Source: Macrostomum lignano
Taxonomy: Eukaryota
Assembly: GCA_002269645.1 (NCBI GenBank)
Contig: NIVC01001595.1
Coordinates: forward strand, 1-64,000
Length of the DNA stretch: 64,000 nt
Reading direction: 5' to 3'
Part shown: one piece after another, positions 15,074 to 28,355 of the stretch
Layout: every line of letters begins with the position of its first letter
How positions within the stretch are numbered: position 1 is the first letter of the stretch
The notes under the pieces: model-generated
Told to the model about the DNA's origin: nothing
Databases searched by the model: none
Seen by the model: only the letters and a program-made list of their open reading frames with translations
Translations under genes and position numbers: made by a program

Positions 15074-15670
15074 TTTTTGCGCGTACTTTCCGGTTAAGTC
15101 CAAGGAAGCCTCTTTATTCGCTTTGCTTAGCTAGCGCAGAAACTACGACGCTTACCTGGCTCCAAATTTTATGCAAATTTAGGGCACTACAGTCGCTTTT
15201 GTTATAAATCAGCAGGGTAAGGAACCTGTATTCAGCACACTAAAATGCACTGGCGATACAAGAAATGTTGGTTCATTTACCGGCTGATTTGTAAGAAAAT
15301 CAAGAGTGGCGTCCTTGTACATTAGTTGTCCATTATTTATTTAATCTCGGCTATTTTTTTCTTTAACTACGCAAAACGGATTTCCGTTCCATAAACATAT
15401 TATGTGTATGATTTAGAGTCGCTAAATCTATATTTATCGGCTGACAACACGGTCCACATTCATAGTTGCTTTCGCGAGAGTCAGCTGCCTGTATTCCATA
15501 ATATTATTATTGTGTATTTCTATAGCTTATGTGCATATAGTACACGGAAAATCTAGAACGTACTTTGATTTTTAATCAGCAAAAGTTTCTAATGCAGGCA
15601 ATTGTCGATATATAGCTACTCAACAACAGTAAAAAGTGCCACCCCGTGCATTTCATGCTTAATCAAAGAG

Positions 15671-15972
15671 CAGGGGCGTCGCCATGGATTTTATGGTGGG
15701 GGGGGGGACAAAGCCAAGAATTCTACATGTACATGTACATGACTAAATTCCTACATGCACATCATTTTCCGAATCGGTGTTGTCAGCGATCATTTTGGCG
15801 CCGCAGGCACTCATTTTGGCGCCGCAGCCGCAGGCACCATTTTGATGTTGCAGGCGCTATGTTTTGTAGCCCTGAAGCAAAAAATTATTGATTTCCATAA
15901 CGGGTCAACAAGGTGGGGTGGGTGGGCAAAGCATTGACTGGGGACATGTCACCCCCGGTGGCGACGCCCCTG
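15671..15972. mobile_element. MITE with 14-bp TIRs (hAT-like ends)
   Basis: caggggcgtcgcca ... tggcgacgcccctg; flanks tcaaagag / tcagagac match only imperfectly. Confidence 0.7.
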
Positions 15973-16396
15973 TCAGAGACAAACTTCTCATTCAAAATTC
16001 AACCCACTAGTTATGCAGCAACGCCTCAAACTGAAAGGTGGGTGACAGTCAGTCACACTAGACCGCAACAGTTTATATCTAATTATTAGCGATGAGTGCG
16101 AAACATTGTCTCCACAATAATTTTTTAAACATTGATTGAAAAACCTCTATAGTATTTATATTGCTTACTTTTTCTGTGTTACACTAACTGTCCAGTTGTA
16201 ATTGTCTCTTATATCATTATTAATATCGATTCGATTCTTTAGATGGAAGATACAAGTTTAATCTTGAAGTGATTTGAAATGATTGAAAAGTGCTTTCGAA
16301 TAAGAATTCGTTTTACATCAAGCACCAGATACGTTTCTTTGTGTGGCTTGGTTTGGTGTGGTTCATTTCATTGAATATTCAGCTTTGTACCAAGAA

Positions 16397-16576
16397 GTTC
16401 TACAATTAGCAATCTGGAGCGGAAACGAGTTTTACTCCACGAGGCCACGCCAATTGTAAAGAATAAGGAGCCAGCACTGAATGTCTATGGCTCTGTCTGA
16501 CTCTGTCTATGCTAGTCTGGCCTCATGAGGTAAAACTGAAAGACTCGTTTCCACTCCAGGTTGCTAATTATAGAAC
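16397..16576. mobile_element. MITE-like inverted-repeat element
   Basis: gttctacaattagcaatctggagcggaaacgag is near-complementary to ctcgtttccactccaggttgctaattatagaac. Confidence 0.6.
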
Positions 16577-17593
16577 TCGTTGTCTTTACAGTCTGTTGTT
16601 AGGTTGTAAACAAAGGTTGAGGCCATAGACTATACCATAGTTTTGGCTAGTCTATGATTCTGTGGCAGTAGTTGCTGCTCCGGTGAATAGAGAGTCTATT
16701 TGATCGGCTTGAATATCAATTTAGTTGACGGAAACTATAGCTACGACAGGAGCAGTTTAGAAGCATTTTATTTTACCAAGATACTTTTCATCACGCGATT
16801 AAACAACATACATTATGCAGTCTGAGGTTGTAAGCAGAAAAACGTTTATTCGAATATTTTCAACTTGGAGATTTCACATCTACATGTAAATGGGCTAGCT
16901 GTGAATACTTTAAAAGTTTCGCTAAAGTGCTCGGTTTTTCACCCGAAGTCCTAATAAGCTAATTTTGACAGCTAGTAAGCTAATCAACTTCACTTTTTAA
17001 CTCGACGTTGCATTTACAAAGTTGAGTTGGAATCTGTTTATCAGTATTTTCTTAAATCTTAAAATCTGACGCGTGAAAATTTGGCTGTTACTTGTATGAA
17101 TTTTTAGGCGTTCTACATGTAGGCTAGTGCGAGCGTACAAGAGAAAGTGGTGACTCGTATCTTTTAGCTAAAAATAGTATATCAAATGACTAAATTAGTC
17201 ATAAGCGCTTTTTCCGACACTTCTTGCAATAAAGTTGATCCTAACTCACAAAATCGCCAGATCTGATTTCGCGGTCGTGGCGTTTTGGTGTGTAAATTTA
17301 TATTTAAATGTACGTGTTTATGTTTAAGCAACGTAAATATTATAGTTATCATGAACTTGTTCGAATTGTTATTATTAAGTCTCTTTAGGGTTTCTAAAAT
17401 CGAAGTTCCACTATTCACACGTCAATATTGAAGTCTGCGGGATTGCAGCGTATAACAGTTTCGAATACATGCTACATGCATGTACAACTAACGTAAGTAG
17501 CGAGTGTAGAAAATTGTGTGAATCTTAAGCCGTGTCATAAGATTTAGCATCTGCGCTATAGTCAGAGTTACGCATTTTGTTACCAAATAAGGT

Positions 17594-18427
17594 CTAGAAT
17601 GGTGACAGACACTTGCAAAGAACGCCATTAACATCGCTAGAGTCTTCCGTGACATCAAAGATCCCCATTGAATATTGTATAGCGGTGTAATCCTCGTTGG
17701 AGAGAAAGTCGTTCGGCTGTCCGGTGTTCCAGTAGGCTGGGTTGAGGCGAGTTGAGTTGGAGTTGGTATAACTGCAGCTGGCCCAATAAAATAACTCTTT
17801 ACCGGGCTCTGGGCTGCCAGCAGCTTGTACGCCAGATACGAAAAAATATGACGACTCTTTGCCAAGCCGATTGACGCAATTGAGCTCCGATTCGCTAGCT
17901 ATATCCGCCATGATGACTAAACCGAAGTCCGTGTTGCACTTTTGCTGACCTAATTTCCAACTAGCCGGCGACATATCGTAGATTCGATATCGCTGGTCGC
18001 ATAAAGTGAGTAGAAATTGCGACTCGGGGGTCACATAGTCGGCGGGACACAGCTGGCCGGGCGGGAGGCCAGACTGCTGTCTCAGGAAAACGGTCATCTT
18101 CGCGAGAGAGCACGAGCACATTCGAACGGCTTTGCTGCACTTGTCGAACACGAACAGTTGACAGTAGACGGGACAATTCGTCGAGTCCAGCTGCTGCCGG
18201 AATGTCCAAGCCTGACAGTTGGGATTCTTGGCGCACGCGAAGGCGCATTCGGCGCTTATCTTCGCGCAAAATTTCTGCACATACTGGTCACTTATGCACG
18301 CTTCGGAGACGATCGGATGGAATTTAACATTAGACGACAGATGCTGGCCGCAAGTAGAAGCGAAAGCCGTTTGAACTGTTGTTGCTGCTAGAAGCAGTAT
18401 TAGGGTCTGGACTTCGGCTAACTTCAT
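17594..18427 (-). CDS. Secreted PAN/apple-like + C-type lectin protein, intronless, 277 aa
   Basis: ATG at 18427 begins a signal peptide (MKLAEVQTLILLLAATTVQTAFA). PAN-like Cys pattern ECAFACAKNPNCQAWTF...C; CTL motifs SWKLGQQKC, MADIASESELNCV, YWNTGQPND. Confidence 0.85.
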   Translation of the reverse strand: MKLAEVQTLILLLAATTVQTAFASTCGQHLSSNVKFHPIVSEACISDQYVQKFCAKISAECAFACAKNPNCQAWTFRQQLDSTNCPVYCQLFVFDKCSKAVRMCSCSLAKMTVFLRQQSGLPPGQLCPADYVTPESQFLLTLCDQRYRIYDMSPASWKLGQQKCNTDFGLVIMADIASESELNCVNRLGKESSYFFVSGVQAAGSPEPGKELFYWASCSYTNSNSTRLNPAYWNTGQPNDFLSNEDYTAIQYSMGIFDVTEDSSDVNGVLCKCLSPF

Positions 18428-19422
18428 CTTAGATTGACAATAGCGACTGTTTCTAAGACTGCAAGCTATAGTTTCCGTGAGGAGTGAGGACTCAGAGCCA
18501 GACATTTATAACCGCATGTGCCAATCTGCTGTAAAGCAAACGCCATTTCTTCCAGATTTTTGTCTTTGTATTTGACGATTTACTTTGAAAGTCAAACAAA
18601 AGATTGACAGCTGGATGAGAATTATAATGGGGTAATGCTGTCTATCCGCAAAGCTTTGCAGGAAATCACAGGCGACTTTTCTTTCACTTTTTAGCAGTGT
18701 GATGACAATGTTTGCCTTGACATGACGGGAATAAGTTTTTTCCGAGCAAACTCGCGAGAAGTTTGTTTGGCTTTGCTAGAATCACGTAGAGGTGACATAT
18801 GTTTTTGCATAGAGATGGCGTAGCTTTTTGGGCGACCATCATATTATACCAGCCGTTAAGGTTGTTAACGAGAAGCGTAGTTTAATATAACGATTTGTTT
18901 ACGGCTGTAGCACCCCAACAACTATACTTTTTCAACACGGCTACTGCTACTCCCTTGGTGCTGGAGCCCTAAAGACGCCATTGTCACCATTCAATACGGA
19001 ATTCAAAACGGGATGAAATACGTCGTAGTAAGAAAGTACGCTTTGGACACCCTGGACCCTGGACAACTGGGTACCCTGGACCATATTCTGTGCCCTGGAC
19101 ACCAATAATAACAACAAAATACGTTGTCAGCCAGTCACAAGCGTATTAAGAGAGGCAAAGACAATGTCACAGGGCGCGTTTCAGGGCCTGGGCGCGAACA
19201 TAGGCCGCACCGCTGGCAGTATCCGGGGCGTCAGCATCAGCATTGTTCCGCAGTGGCGAAATTGACACATGTTAACCAATAGACTAATTGATAGACTAAA
19301 TTGACCAATTAGCACCAGTGGACACCGGATGTTCACAGATTCACTATCCTAGCTATCACAAATGTCCACCGCAAGCCATTTTGAATTGGTTGACGCTTAA
19401 ATTAGCTCGTACAATGGTATAA

Positions 19423-19695
19423 ATAACAATTATTATTAATAATTATTAATTGATTATACCTGCTCCAATTGGGCCAGATGTGCAACCGACAGCTTAGCCG
19501 CAGCTATTGCGCGGCGCATCTGAAGGCTGCCGTCAATTACCCCAGCTAATGCTGGCATCCATTTTACAGCTGGGTGAACTGAAGCAATGCAGAGTTAAGT
19601 GTCTTGCTCAAGGAAACCTATTTTTCCAGTGGGATCGGGAATCGAACCCCCGACCTTTAAGTCGTGAGTCCGACGCTCTAACCACTAGGCTACAA
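19423..19695 (-). mobile_element. CORE-like SINE with internal deletion
   Basis: Reverse complement of the 14764 element, lacking the ctgttcagtccaaggactgggggg segment. Confidence 0.9.
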
Positions 19696-20280
19696 AAAAT
19701 GCTATTAAGTCTACCGACTTACACGTAGCTTACATAACCACTCTAAAATATTAGCTCACTTCTTAGTAAGATTTTTCTACGATTTCTCTTGTTAAAAAAG
19801 AAAAAAATTAAAAAGTGAAGAGTGCCTTTAGATTATTTTACTATTCGAAGAAAATGCTTAAAGTTCAATAAGCCGAGTACGGTAGACAATCGGGCATATC
19901 GGAATTAATGGTGTATTTAATTTTTATTAAATTTTCGCTCAAATCAACGCAAATGATAACCATTAAAACTAGAGGTCTACTGCATCATAAAAACTGCTTT
20001 TAAGAAGCTGCCACGGCTTTGCTTGACGTTGATTTTCTAGGCCGACTGGTTCCGATCGTCTTTTTTCGACCTGCAATACGAACAAATAACTAGCATGTTA
20101 GACGGAATAGAAAGATGAGAGGTGAGATGAGACTTTAACATCTATGACTCATGTGTTATATACTGTTGACATCATTTTAATTTTGGCTTTTTTGGTTTGG
20201 CTAAGATGTACGAAACAGAAACTGCTATTAAGTTTTCCTGCCTACGCTTGTAAGATATCAACAGCCCCCTTTTGAGCCGT

Positions 20281-20492
20281 GGCATCTCAGCAACTCCCCA
20301 ATACGGCATCTCAGCAACTCCCCAATACGTCATCTCAGCAACTCCCCAATACGTCATCTCAGCAACTCCCCAATACGTCATCTCAGCAACTCCCCAATAC
20401 GGCATCTCAGCAACTCCCCAATACGGCATCTCAGCAACTCCCCAATACGGCATCTCAGCAACTCCCCAAGACGGCATCTCAGCAACTCCCCA
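20281..20492. repeat. 24-bp minisatellite, ~9 copies
   Basis: Unit ggcatctcagcaactccccaatac. Confidence 0.95.
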
Positions 20493-20598
20493 TTGAGCCA
20501 TAGCAAAATCCAAAACAACCGCATGCATCTAGCAAACAAGGGGTCTCCCATTGCTTCTAGTTCAGATAGACATGTACGGCAAGAACAATAACACTCAC

Positions 20599-23500
20599 CA
20601 GCCATGGGCACCAACTGATCCAACGAGTAAGCCACCCGTAGTTTGTCCTCGCCAGCAAGCTTGGCAGATCCACGCAACAGTTGAATCCGCGCAGCCGAAG
20701 CGACAGTTGCAGTCTCAAAGTTAATTAACGCCAAACGACCATCTGAGGCCATACTAAGGCGTTTTGCTTTCAATCCATTATCGGCTAGAAACTTGAGCAG
20801 AGTGGATTTCTTTGTGCCCTGCAGTAAGTTGGCTACAATCAGTCTGGATTTCGTTCCACTCCGTTGCATTTCGCTATCATTTGATGAAGCCACCTTCCGG
20901 TGCCCGTAGGTCACCGTGGGCCAGTCGGGGTCCTCGGCAGCGGCTGGCCAAGCGGCCAAATCGGCTGCGCATGCGGCTTCGGTCTCGTAGGCGGCCACGG
21001 CAACACCGGAGCCGCGACGCTCCAATTTGGTGCAGCGGGACAGGGCGAGCAGCAGACGGGAGTCGGTCATGGCTTTGTTGACGCCTGTCAGCACCAGGGT
21101 GCGCCTGTCAACCTGTGTCGGGAATGACATTGTGGGCGGCAGGTTTTATAAAATTACTGAAAGCTCATAAAGAATTGTATCTGGGGTTGTAGCCTAGTGG
21201 TCACGACTTGAAGGTCGGGGGTTCGTTTCCCGATCCTACTCGGAACAATTTGTGTCCTTGAGCAAGACACTTAACTCTGCATTGCTTTAGTTCACCCCAG
21301 CTGTAAAATGGGTGCCAGCATTAGCTGGGGTAATTGAGGCTGTGTGTGGCGACCCCCCCCCCTCCCAGTCCTTGGACTGTACAGCCGTGCACAGCCTTCA
21401 GATGCGCCGCGCAATAGCTGCGGCTGAGCTGTCGGTTGCACATCTGCCCAATAAGGCAGGTGTAATCAATTATAATTATTACTATTACTACAATACCTAA
21501 CGCCAAAACCTGCACTTCTGAAGCTTTATTCGCAACTTATCTAAATAAGACACAATTGAGACTCTGAAGACACTTTCTACAAGCAGAAAGTCACAGATTG
21601 ACACAGAGAGTACTTCACAGCCAAATTTAGACACTTGAGCATTAAAATAAGCACTAACCAGATGCTTAGGCTTCGGTTTGCCAGGAATTTTCTCCAGCAT
21701 CCACGAAGTCTTGCCGCCGCCAACAACGGCGCCCTGACAGCTGAGCACGGCGTCTAAAGCTTGACGCGCATCGGCAAAGGTGATTACGGCGACGTTTGGC
21801 GCGTGTCGTCCCCTACCAGCGCCGGCGCCAGCTTCCGGGAAGCGAACTCGCTGAGCGCCCGGGGCCAGCTCCAACAGCTGACTAGCGGCGATGCGACCCT
21901 CCAGAGAGGAGACAACAACGCGGCGAGTATTGTACTGGCTGGCAGATATGGAGTCCGGCTGAACCGGCGGAATTGAGGTCGCGAGTTCGCGCGCTCCGCC
22001 TAGAGCTCGACTGCCCTGTTATTGGTTTGGTTGAATAAGGCATCCTGAATAGTTAACGCTGGTACTAAGACGTTTCAACTAATAGACAATTCCTGAGAAA
22101 AACTGTATAAAAATACATTAAGAATTTTTCTACTAACAGTAGTATTATTTGACATTTTGACAGACCAATAGCAGGGAAGTGTACTAATTTGTACTAAGTC
22201 TACTACAAAACAAGAGCAAGAAACTGCGTGGATTACCATTTATTATTAGCCAAATATAATGTTGGAGCCCAAATAGTTCTGGAGACCCCAGCTAATGCTG
22301 GCACCTATTTTACAGTTGGGTGAACTGGCAATGCAGGCAGAGTTAAGTGTTTTGCTAAAAGATACAATTTTTTATTTATCGTATCTCCATAGTGCTTTCA
22401 GGAAATTTCGTTTTTGACGCATGATATCTATAGGGTTTTGCATCGCTTCTTATAGATAAAAAACTGAAGTTAAAGCTTGAAGTTAGCCAGAAGCAACACA
22501 ATTCAGTTGAATCCGCACACACACTCACCTGCAGAACAGCCGCATGCTTCGCAGCAATCTCTGGATTGGCAAATTCGAGAAAGGCGACACCTTTATGGCG
22601 GCACCGAGCCCGGTTCCACGGCAGCCGGGCGGCCACAGCCGACGGGCACAGGGCGTACAGGTCAGCTAGTCGGCAGCGATTCGGTAGCGGACGAATTCGC
22701 ACTGTGCTGCGAAGTCGGCGAGTCACGCAGTCAACAATGGCCTTATCTAGACTCGAATTGTCAACTGACTCAGCTTGATTCGTAGCTGCTGGCAATGCTG
22801 CGGCGACAGGCTGCTATGGAAATCAATCGAAATTGAACAGTTTTCAGGCCTTGAATAATGATCGGCTGTCACGAGTGGCTGAGATCGCTCAATATTCTAT
22901 GGCCTAAACAAGTCCCGCGATCATTGCGCACCGCTTAGAATTGTCTCAAAGGATTGGCCAGAGACAATTTTAGAGCTTGGATAGAAAGACTAAAGTGAAG
23001 AGTTAGAGGCTATATGGTCGACCATAAGGCAGGGCCTTAAGGCAGGTTTTCTAAGGCAGGGCCAGATTATACGCATATTTTATATTTACATGTATGTACG
23101 AACATATTCTCAATTGCCTAGTGTATTTATCGTCACTTCTGTTTTGTCTATGGTTGAAATGCACGTTGGAAGCCTGGAATAATGGCGTTCCTTGGACAAT
23201 AATTAAGGCTCGGGTAGGCCATGTCTTGTGCCTAAAACCATTAAAAAATGGCACAGCTCGGCTCATTGGCTTTATGAATCTATTATCATTCTTAGCTAAC
23301 TGCCTAACAAAATGTGTGACAGAGATGATAAGAAAGTTTAACAAAACCAAAGAGTCGAGCTGTGCCATGCGTTTTTATGATTTTTAGATACAAGAAATTT
23401 ACATAGATTAAAATTGGGTCTGCCACCAATCGAAATCAATAAAAATTTTTGGGCTAAAAAGGAAAACTTTCTATTTCCATAGTGTATTTTTTGGCAAAAA

Positions 23501-23754
23501 CCTGCCTCTAAAACTTTTTTTTACAAGAAACAAGGTTTCCCATTTTTCTAATTAATTTGTCCTTGATTTAGCATGAATCTTGAATCCATAAAAGCAGATG
23601 TTATATTCACTATTGAATCTTACAAAGCTTTGACAAACATAAGTGTTGTTTAAAGAATTCAAATATAAGTTAATAAGGAATTATAAAATAAGTAGAATTA
23701 GCTCACCTTTGTCTTTGGAGATGCAAGCTTTCTTTTCTTTGCCACTACCTTCAT
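20599..23754 (-). CDS. Multi-RRM (4 RRM-like domains) RNA-binding protein, nucleolin-like; last exon uncertain
   Basis: Exons 23754-23707 (MKVVAKKRKLASPKTK), 22813-22529, 22015-21659 and 21112-20599, with phase-0 junctions. RNP-like motifs: TVRIRPLP...HKGVAFLEFA; RRVVVSSL...VAVITFAD; RTLVLTGVN...VAVAAYE; RLIVANL...LALINFET. The phase-1 donor at 20598 implies a further exon. Confidence 0.78.
21186..21490 (+). mobile_element. CORE-like SINE, intronic in the RRM gene
   Basis: Same family; head partly deleted, CORE-like segment intact. Confidence 0.9.
22284..22352 (-). mobile_element. CORE-like SINE fragment (core region)
   Basis: ccccagctaatgctggcacctattttacagttgggtgaact...agttaagtgttttgct matches the family core. 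Confidence 0.75.
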
Positions 23755-25828
23755 ATTTGCTGCTATAAGCTTTTGATAAAGCACATGAAAGATTAATAAT
23801 TTAACCAACTGTCAAAAATGGCTGGTACTAATATTAATATAAAAAAATTCTTTTAAAAAATTTGAAACCTCTTAAAGATAATCAGATAAGATAAACCAAT
23901 CATTATTAATGTTGGTGAGCATAAAATAAACAGTTCTATATTAACTGCATATAATACACTCAAACTAAATTCTATTACTATACATAACAGATAATGTAAA
24001 AGTTTCTAAGACTAGAGTTTACTAACACTTTGGTTTCAATTGCTTTTAGTGATTATACATTAGGTTGGATTATTGAAATCTGATGCAACACAAATTGGCT
24101 GAAAAATAGCTAAGAATATTAATATTCTATAGACTCTAGGCTTTCATCTATGGTACAAGATATATCTTATAAGTATAATGGATTCTGAGATATATACAAA
24201 TGGAAATATGATGCAAATTATGCACAATTTATGTCAAGTAGTTTACAATTTAAACAATTAAACAAAAACAAACTTTTTTTTGTTTTCAAGGTATATAAAA
24301 TGATAGTAATAGTACTATACTTTGGGCTAAGCTTTAGAGTACACACTAAGTATCATTGAAAAATAAGCCCATCATTGAAGTAGCAGCCTGGCCCTCTCAA
24401 ATAGTTTTCCTATACATTAATTTGCTAACTATATTTGCGCATTATAGTTTCTTTAACAATATAATCAAATTGCTATATTTACCTTTATCATTTATAATTA
24501 AAGTAAGCATTATTTTGACTTATTAATAAAACATTACTTAGTTACATAAATATTAGGCTATGATATTTTGTTTAAATGGATTTTTTTCTATACCCAGGAC
24601 AACTTAATTAAATGCAAAGAAATATTGTTTCAATTTTTTGCTTTTTTTTCTTTGTAATAATTTGTCTAGCATACCCACCTCCCTTGAATGACTATAAATA
24701 AAAGCAATTTTAGTTTGTTTAGGTTTTGCTTATTATTTTACCAAGTCAGTTTAACAAATTTAGGAAAAAAATAAACATTTTGACTCAATTATTCTTAATG
24801 AAAAAAAGCCCAACTAATAGCAAAAAAAGAAAATAGACACCTAGAGGATAGTAAGAAATGTGATAGAGGGTATTTTTCTGTCTTTATGAATGATCCCATA
24901 GCTGTCACCAGGACACCAGCTATGATAGGGGTCTTTCCTGTGCAATAAAAAATTCTACTGTTAAGCCACTAGCTATGATAGGGCTGCTTTTCTAATTCCT
25001 CTTATTGAATATCCTAAAGCTGCCACACCAATTGTTCTAAGATTTTATTTCTCTTTAGACTCTATAAAATGTACTAAATACTAGTAGCTGCCACTAAGAC
25101 TATTCTATTATGAAATTGTATTTCCTAGAATAAGTCTAAAAATATTTCTTAGGATAAGTCTAGTTATATATTTGAGTATTTGTCTAAATATTTTATCTTA
25201 GCTTGGATCTAGGTATTTGCCTGAGTATTATTATTAGAATACAAGTAGCATTCATATCATTATTCTAAAGTAATTATTATTATTTTGGTAGCGTTTACTA
25301 TTAATTTGGCCTGAGTGGTATATTGGTCTATTGGTATATATACTTTATGTATTTCTAATCCTGGGCATTACTAGGCTAAGATCAGGGGGTCACAGCCTCT
25401 GTAGTTTTTTATGTATTGCTAGGATCTACTTTATCTTTTTCTACTGCTTTTATTTCTTATGAGTATATAGGGGCCTACTATATATGCTCTCTGCCACTTC
25501 ACTTCTTTTCTGCAAATGAATAACTTGGAAAACAGCTTCACTTATAATAATTTGCTTAAGAACACTCCTTTCAATTTCCTAACTAGTAGGTCTAGTGCGT
25601 AAAACTATATGTTCTAAGAAAATTTTCTTTAAAGCCGCTTGGCAATAATTATTCAATAAAATTATGTATTGATAAATAGCTAAATGAATATGAAAGACTG
25701 CTAAAACAGATAGACACATAGGCCTAATTAGTTATCTCTGTTATTAGCATTACTATCAGAGATGCAACTTAATTAGTTTTGTTTATTGCTAAGAGATCGA
25801 AGATGCAGATCATAAGATGCATTTTCAC

Positions 25829-26469
25829 GGGAACCAGTTAATTCGGCGACAGGTTAACTCGGCGACAGCCAATTCGGCGACAAGTCAATTCGGCGACAGT
25901 CAGTTCGGCGACAGGCTTTTTACCGGTTTTAAATGTCAAACGTATTTCAGTAAAACAAATTTTGAGATACAAGTACAAGAATTTCCCTCTTGAAAAGCCG
26001 CCAGCAAATCGCTGGCGATCGTTAGCAATTTAGTGGCGATTTTTTCTTGACAAATGCTGCGAACCAACCTAGTATATTATAGTTAATATAAAATATAATA
26101 ATAATCCTAAATAACCAACCATCAAACTATTTAAGCCCATTATGTTGGGTCAGGTGGGAAAATGGTATACATGGACATGTATCCCCCCAGCATACGCCAT
26201 GCCTAATGTCTCTGTGGAAAGCATAAAATGTTATAAACTTTTTTGAAAATGTGCGATTTGACATAGTTAAAACAATTTTTCTATAATAATGGTCAGGGGC
26301 GAATGGCTATGCGTATACATATGTAAAATTCAAAGACTTGTAGTAGCTTTATGCAATGATCTGCCTTAATTCGCCTTAATTAGCATTCGCCGAATTGGCT
26401 GTCGCCAAACTGACTTGTCGCCGAATCGGTTGTCGCCGAATTGGCTTGTCGCCGAATTGACTGGAAGCC
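25829..26469. mobile_element. Foldback/MULE-like non-autonomous element with modular TIRs
   Basis: Five tandem ~13-14-bp aattcggcgaca modules at the left end are mirrored by tgtcgccgaatt modules at the right end. 9-bp flanks cattttcac / aattttcca partially match. Confidence 0.75.
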
Positions 26470-26792
26470 AATTTTCCAATTTAGCCAATTTTCACTACAT
26501 AGCTACACAACTGATCGAAACGATCGTACTGAACAAAAATTAGATCACGACATCCACAAAAATTTCGGCCTACAAGTAAAAAAATTAGGTTTGCTACAAT
26601 TACAATGATGTGTTAAAATGTGCATATGCATTCCAAGGACTACACATGTTAAGGAGGCCATGGTTTTCGCCGAAAAACACACTACGGAGAAAGAAGTTTT
26701 TTTCTGATGAAAATTGTTTCGTGTCGTTTATCACAATTATAAACAGGTGAATCTCTTTATTAAGCCTACACAGTCGACCCGCGGTTCTCCTG

Positions 26793-28355
26793 AGTTGTTG
26801 TTGTTGTTTCCGGTCGGCAGTCCGGGGGGGGGGACGAGACCCGACCTCCTTCAGAAAGTCCACCACCCATCTGAAACTGTCGCTGAGCGCTTGTAGGCTC
26901 GGGTTATTGCCAAAGTGCCGGGCTCTGGCTTTTTGATGTGCGCGACAGATCTTTATAAGATGTTCCAGGTCCTCGTCGGCTTCGTCGCAGTGCGGGCACG
27001 CTGGGCTGTCAGCTTGGCCGATGCGGTGGCGCGGTACTTACTGCCGGAGCAAGGGAGAGTGACCGGTACGGAGCTGAACGAGTTTAATCTCGTCTTTTCT
27101 GGTGAGCGTCCTCTAGGTATGGCACTGCTGCTGGTGGTAGGCGGTGCGTAGTGCAAATGCGGGTCCGTGATGTAATCTGCTTTGAAACGGGACTTGGCGG
27201 AGCGGTCGATCGCCGCTTTAGCCGCAGCCAGGCTGATTTCGCGTAGGACTGAGATCAAGAGTCGAGCCGGCTTTGGCTGTCACGTCCGCGTATTCGTTAA
27301 AAAGGAGTCCAGCATGGCCAGGCACCGATTGAAGGTCAATGTGCGTCGAGGTCGAGTAGAGGAGAGGAGCTCCCAAATCGCGCAGCAGCCCAGAGAGCAC
27401 GCTTTCGCAGGGCCTTGTTGGAGGGAGCAAAGGAGCGATTGGGAGTCAGTGAGGCACCTGATGCGGTTTGGCATTTGAGCTGGGTAAGTCGCGAAGGACC
27501 GCAGAGAGGCCGAGGCGAAGGGATTCCTCTTCGGCCTGAAAGGAGGAAGTGATGATCCCGGCTGCATGGGCCAGTGATCTTTTCCACTACGATCCGGTTC
27601 CGTACAATGCCCCGGCGCCGCCACCATAGGTGCCGTCCTTAGCCGAGCCGTCCGTCCAGATCTCGACACCGTAAAAACCGGGAGCTGGTCGAGCGCGTCT
27701 CGAGGGCGGCGAGTTTGCGGATGTGAGGCGGGTCCTCCTGGTTCGTACTGGTGTTCGGGTTCAGTAGATGTTCACTCTGGACGTGTCCGTCCATGACGGC
27801 GGTGCGAGGGTGTCTGTGACGCTCGGGGCGTTGAGAAGGCCGGCGGCCGTGGAGACGTTGATGGCCGTGTTGCGCCAGTCTTGTCGGAACGCGCTTTGTT
27901 GTCCGTGAGCCTGTAGGCGCGGTCGCGGCAGCAACTTGCTCGCAAGGCGAGAGAGTGGAGTGGGGCTGTCATTGCCGGGCGGCCATTTTGAATAGCTTGG
28001 CGGCCGCGGCCTTCGCGAGGGTCGTCAGGGGGAGCAGATCCGCTTCAGTGAAAAGAACGTTGGTCGGCGTGGAGTGGCAGCATCCTGTGATGACTCTGGC
28101 CGCCGAGTTGTGGACGGTCGCTGCTCCCCTGCGACAGCTTTCCGATGCGATGGTCATCCAGGCACTGGCTCCGTAGAGGGCGACTGACTGAACATAGTTC
28201 TGGTAGAGTCGGCTCAGCGCTTCGGCGTTTTGATCCCAGTCACGGCCAGTGAGGCAGGGATCGCATTGAGGCGCTTCTGCATGGTGCGTTTGGTGATAGT
28301 GGCGTGGTGGCGGAAGGTGAGCTGGGTCAATGTGGACTCCGAGTAGGCACGGATT
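26793..28355 (-). mobile_element. 5'-truncated RNase H-containing non-LTR retrotransposon (I/Ingi-like group), frameshifted
   Basis: RT C-terminal LGVHID, LTGRDW, SVALYGASAW, HNSAARVITG...TP. RNase H IWTDGS, SSFQAE, LTDSQSLL, VPGHAG...NEYADVTAK. C-terminal CPHCDEADEDLEHLIKIC; (CAA)n tail. Confidence 0.88.

Noticed and set aside
18428-18505. N-terminal extension of the PAN-CTL ORF from the upstream ATG
   Set aside because: The signal peptide begins at the ATG at 18427; the upstream 26 codons are hydrophilic and probably UTR.
20378-20598. C-terminal GELLRCRI repeats as part of the RRM protein
   Set aside because: They lie beyond a strong GTGAGT donor and derive from the 24-bp minisatellite.
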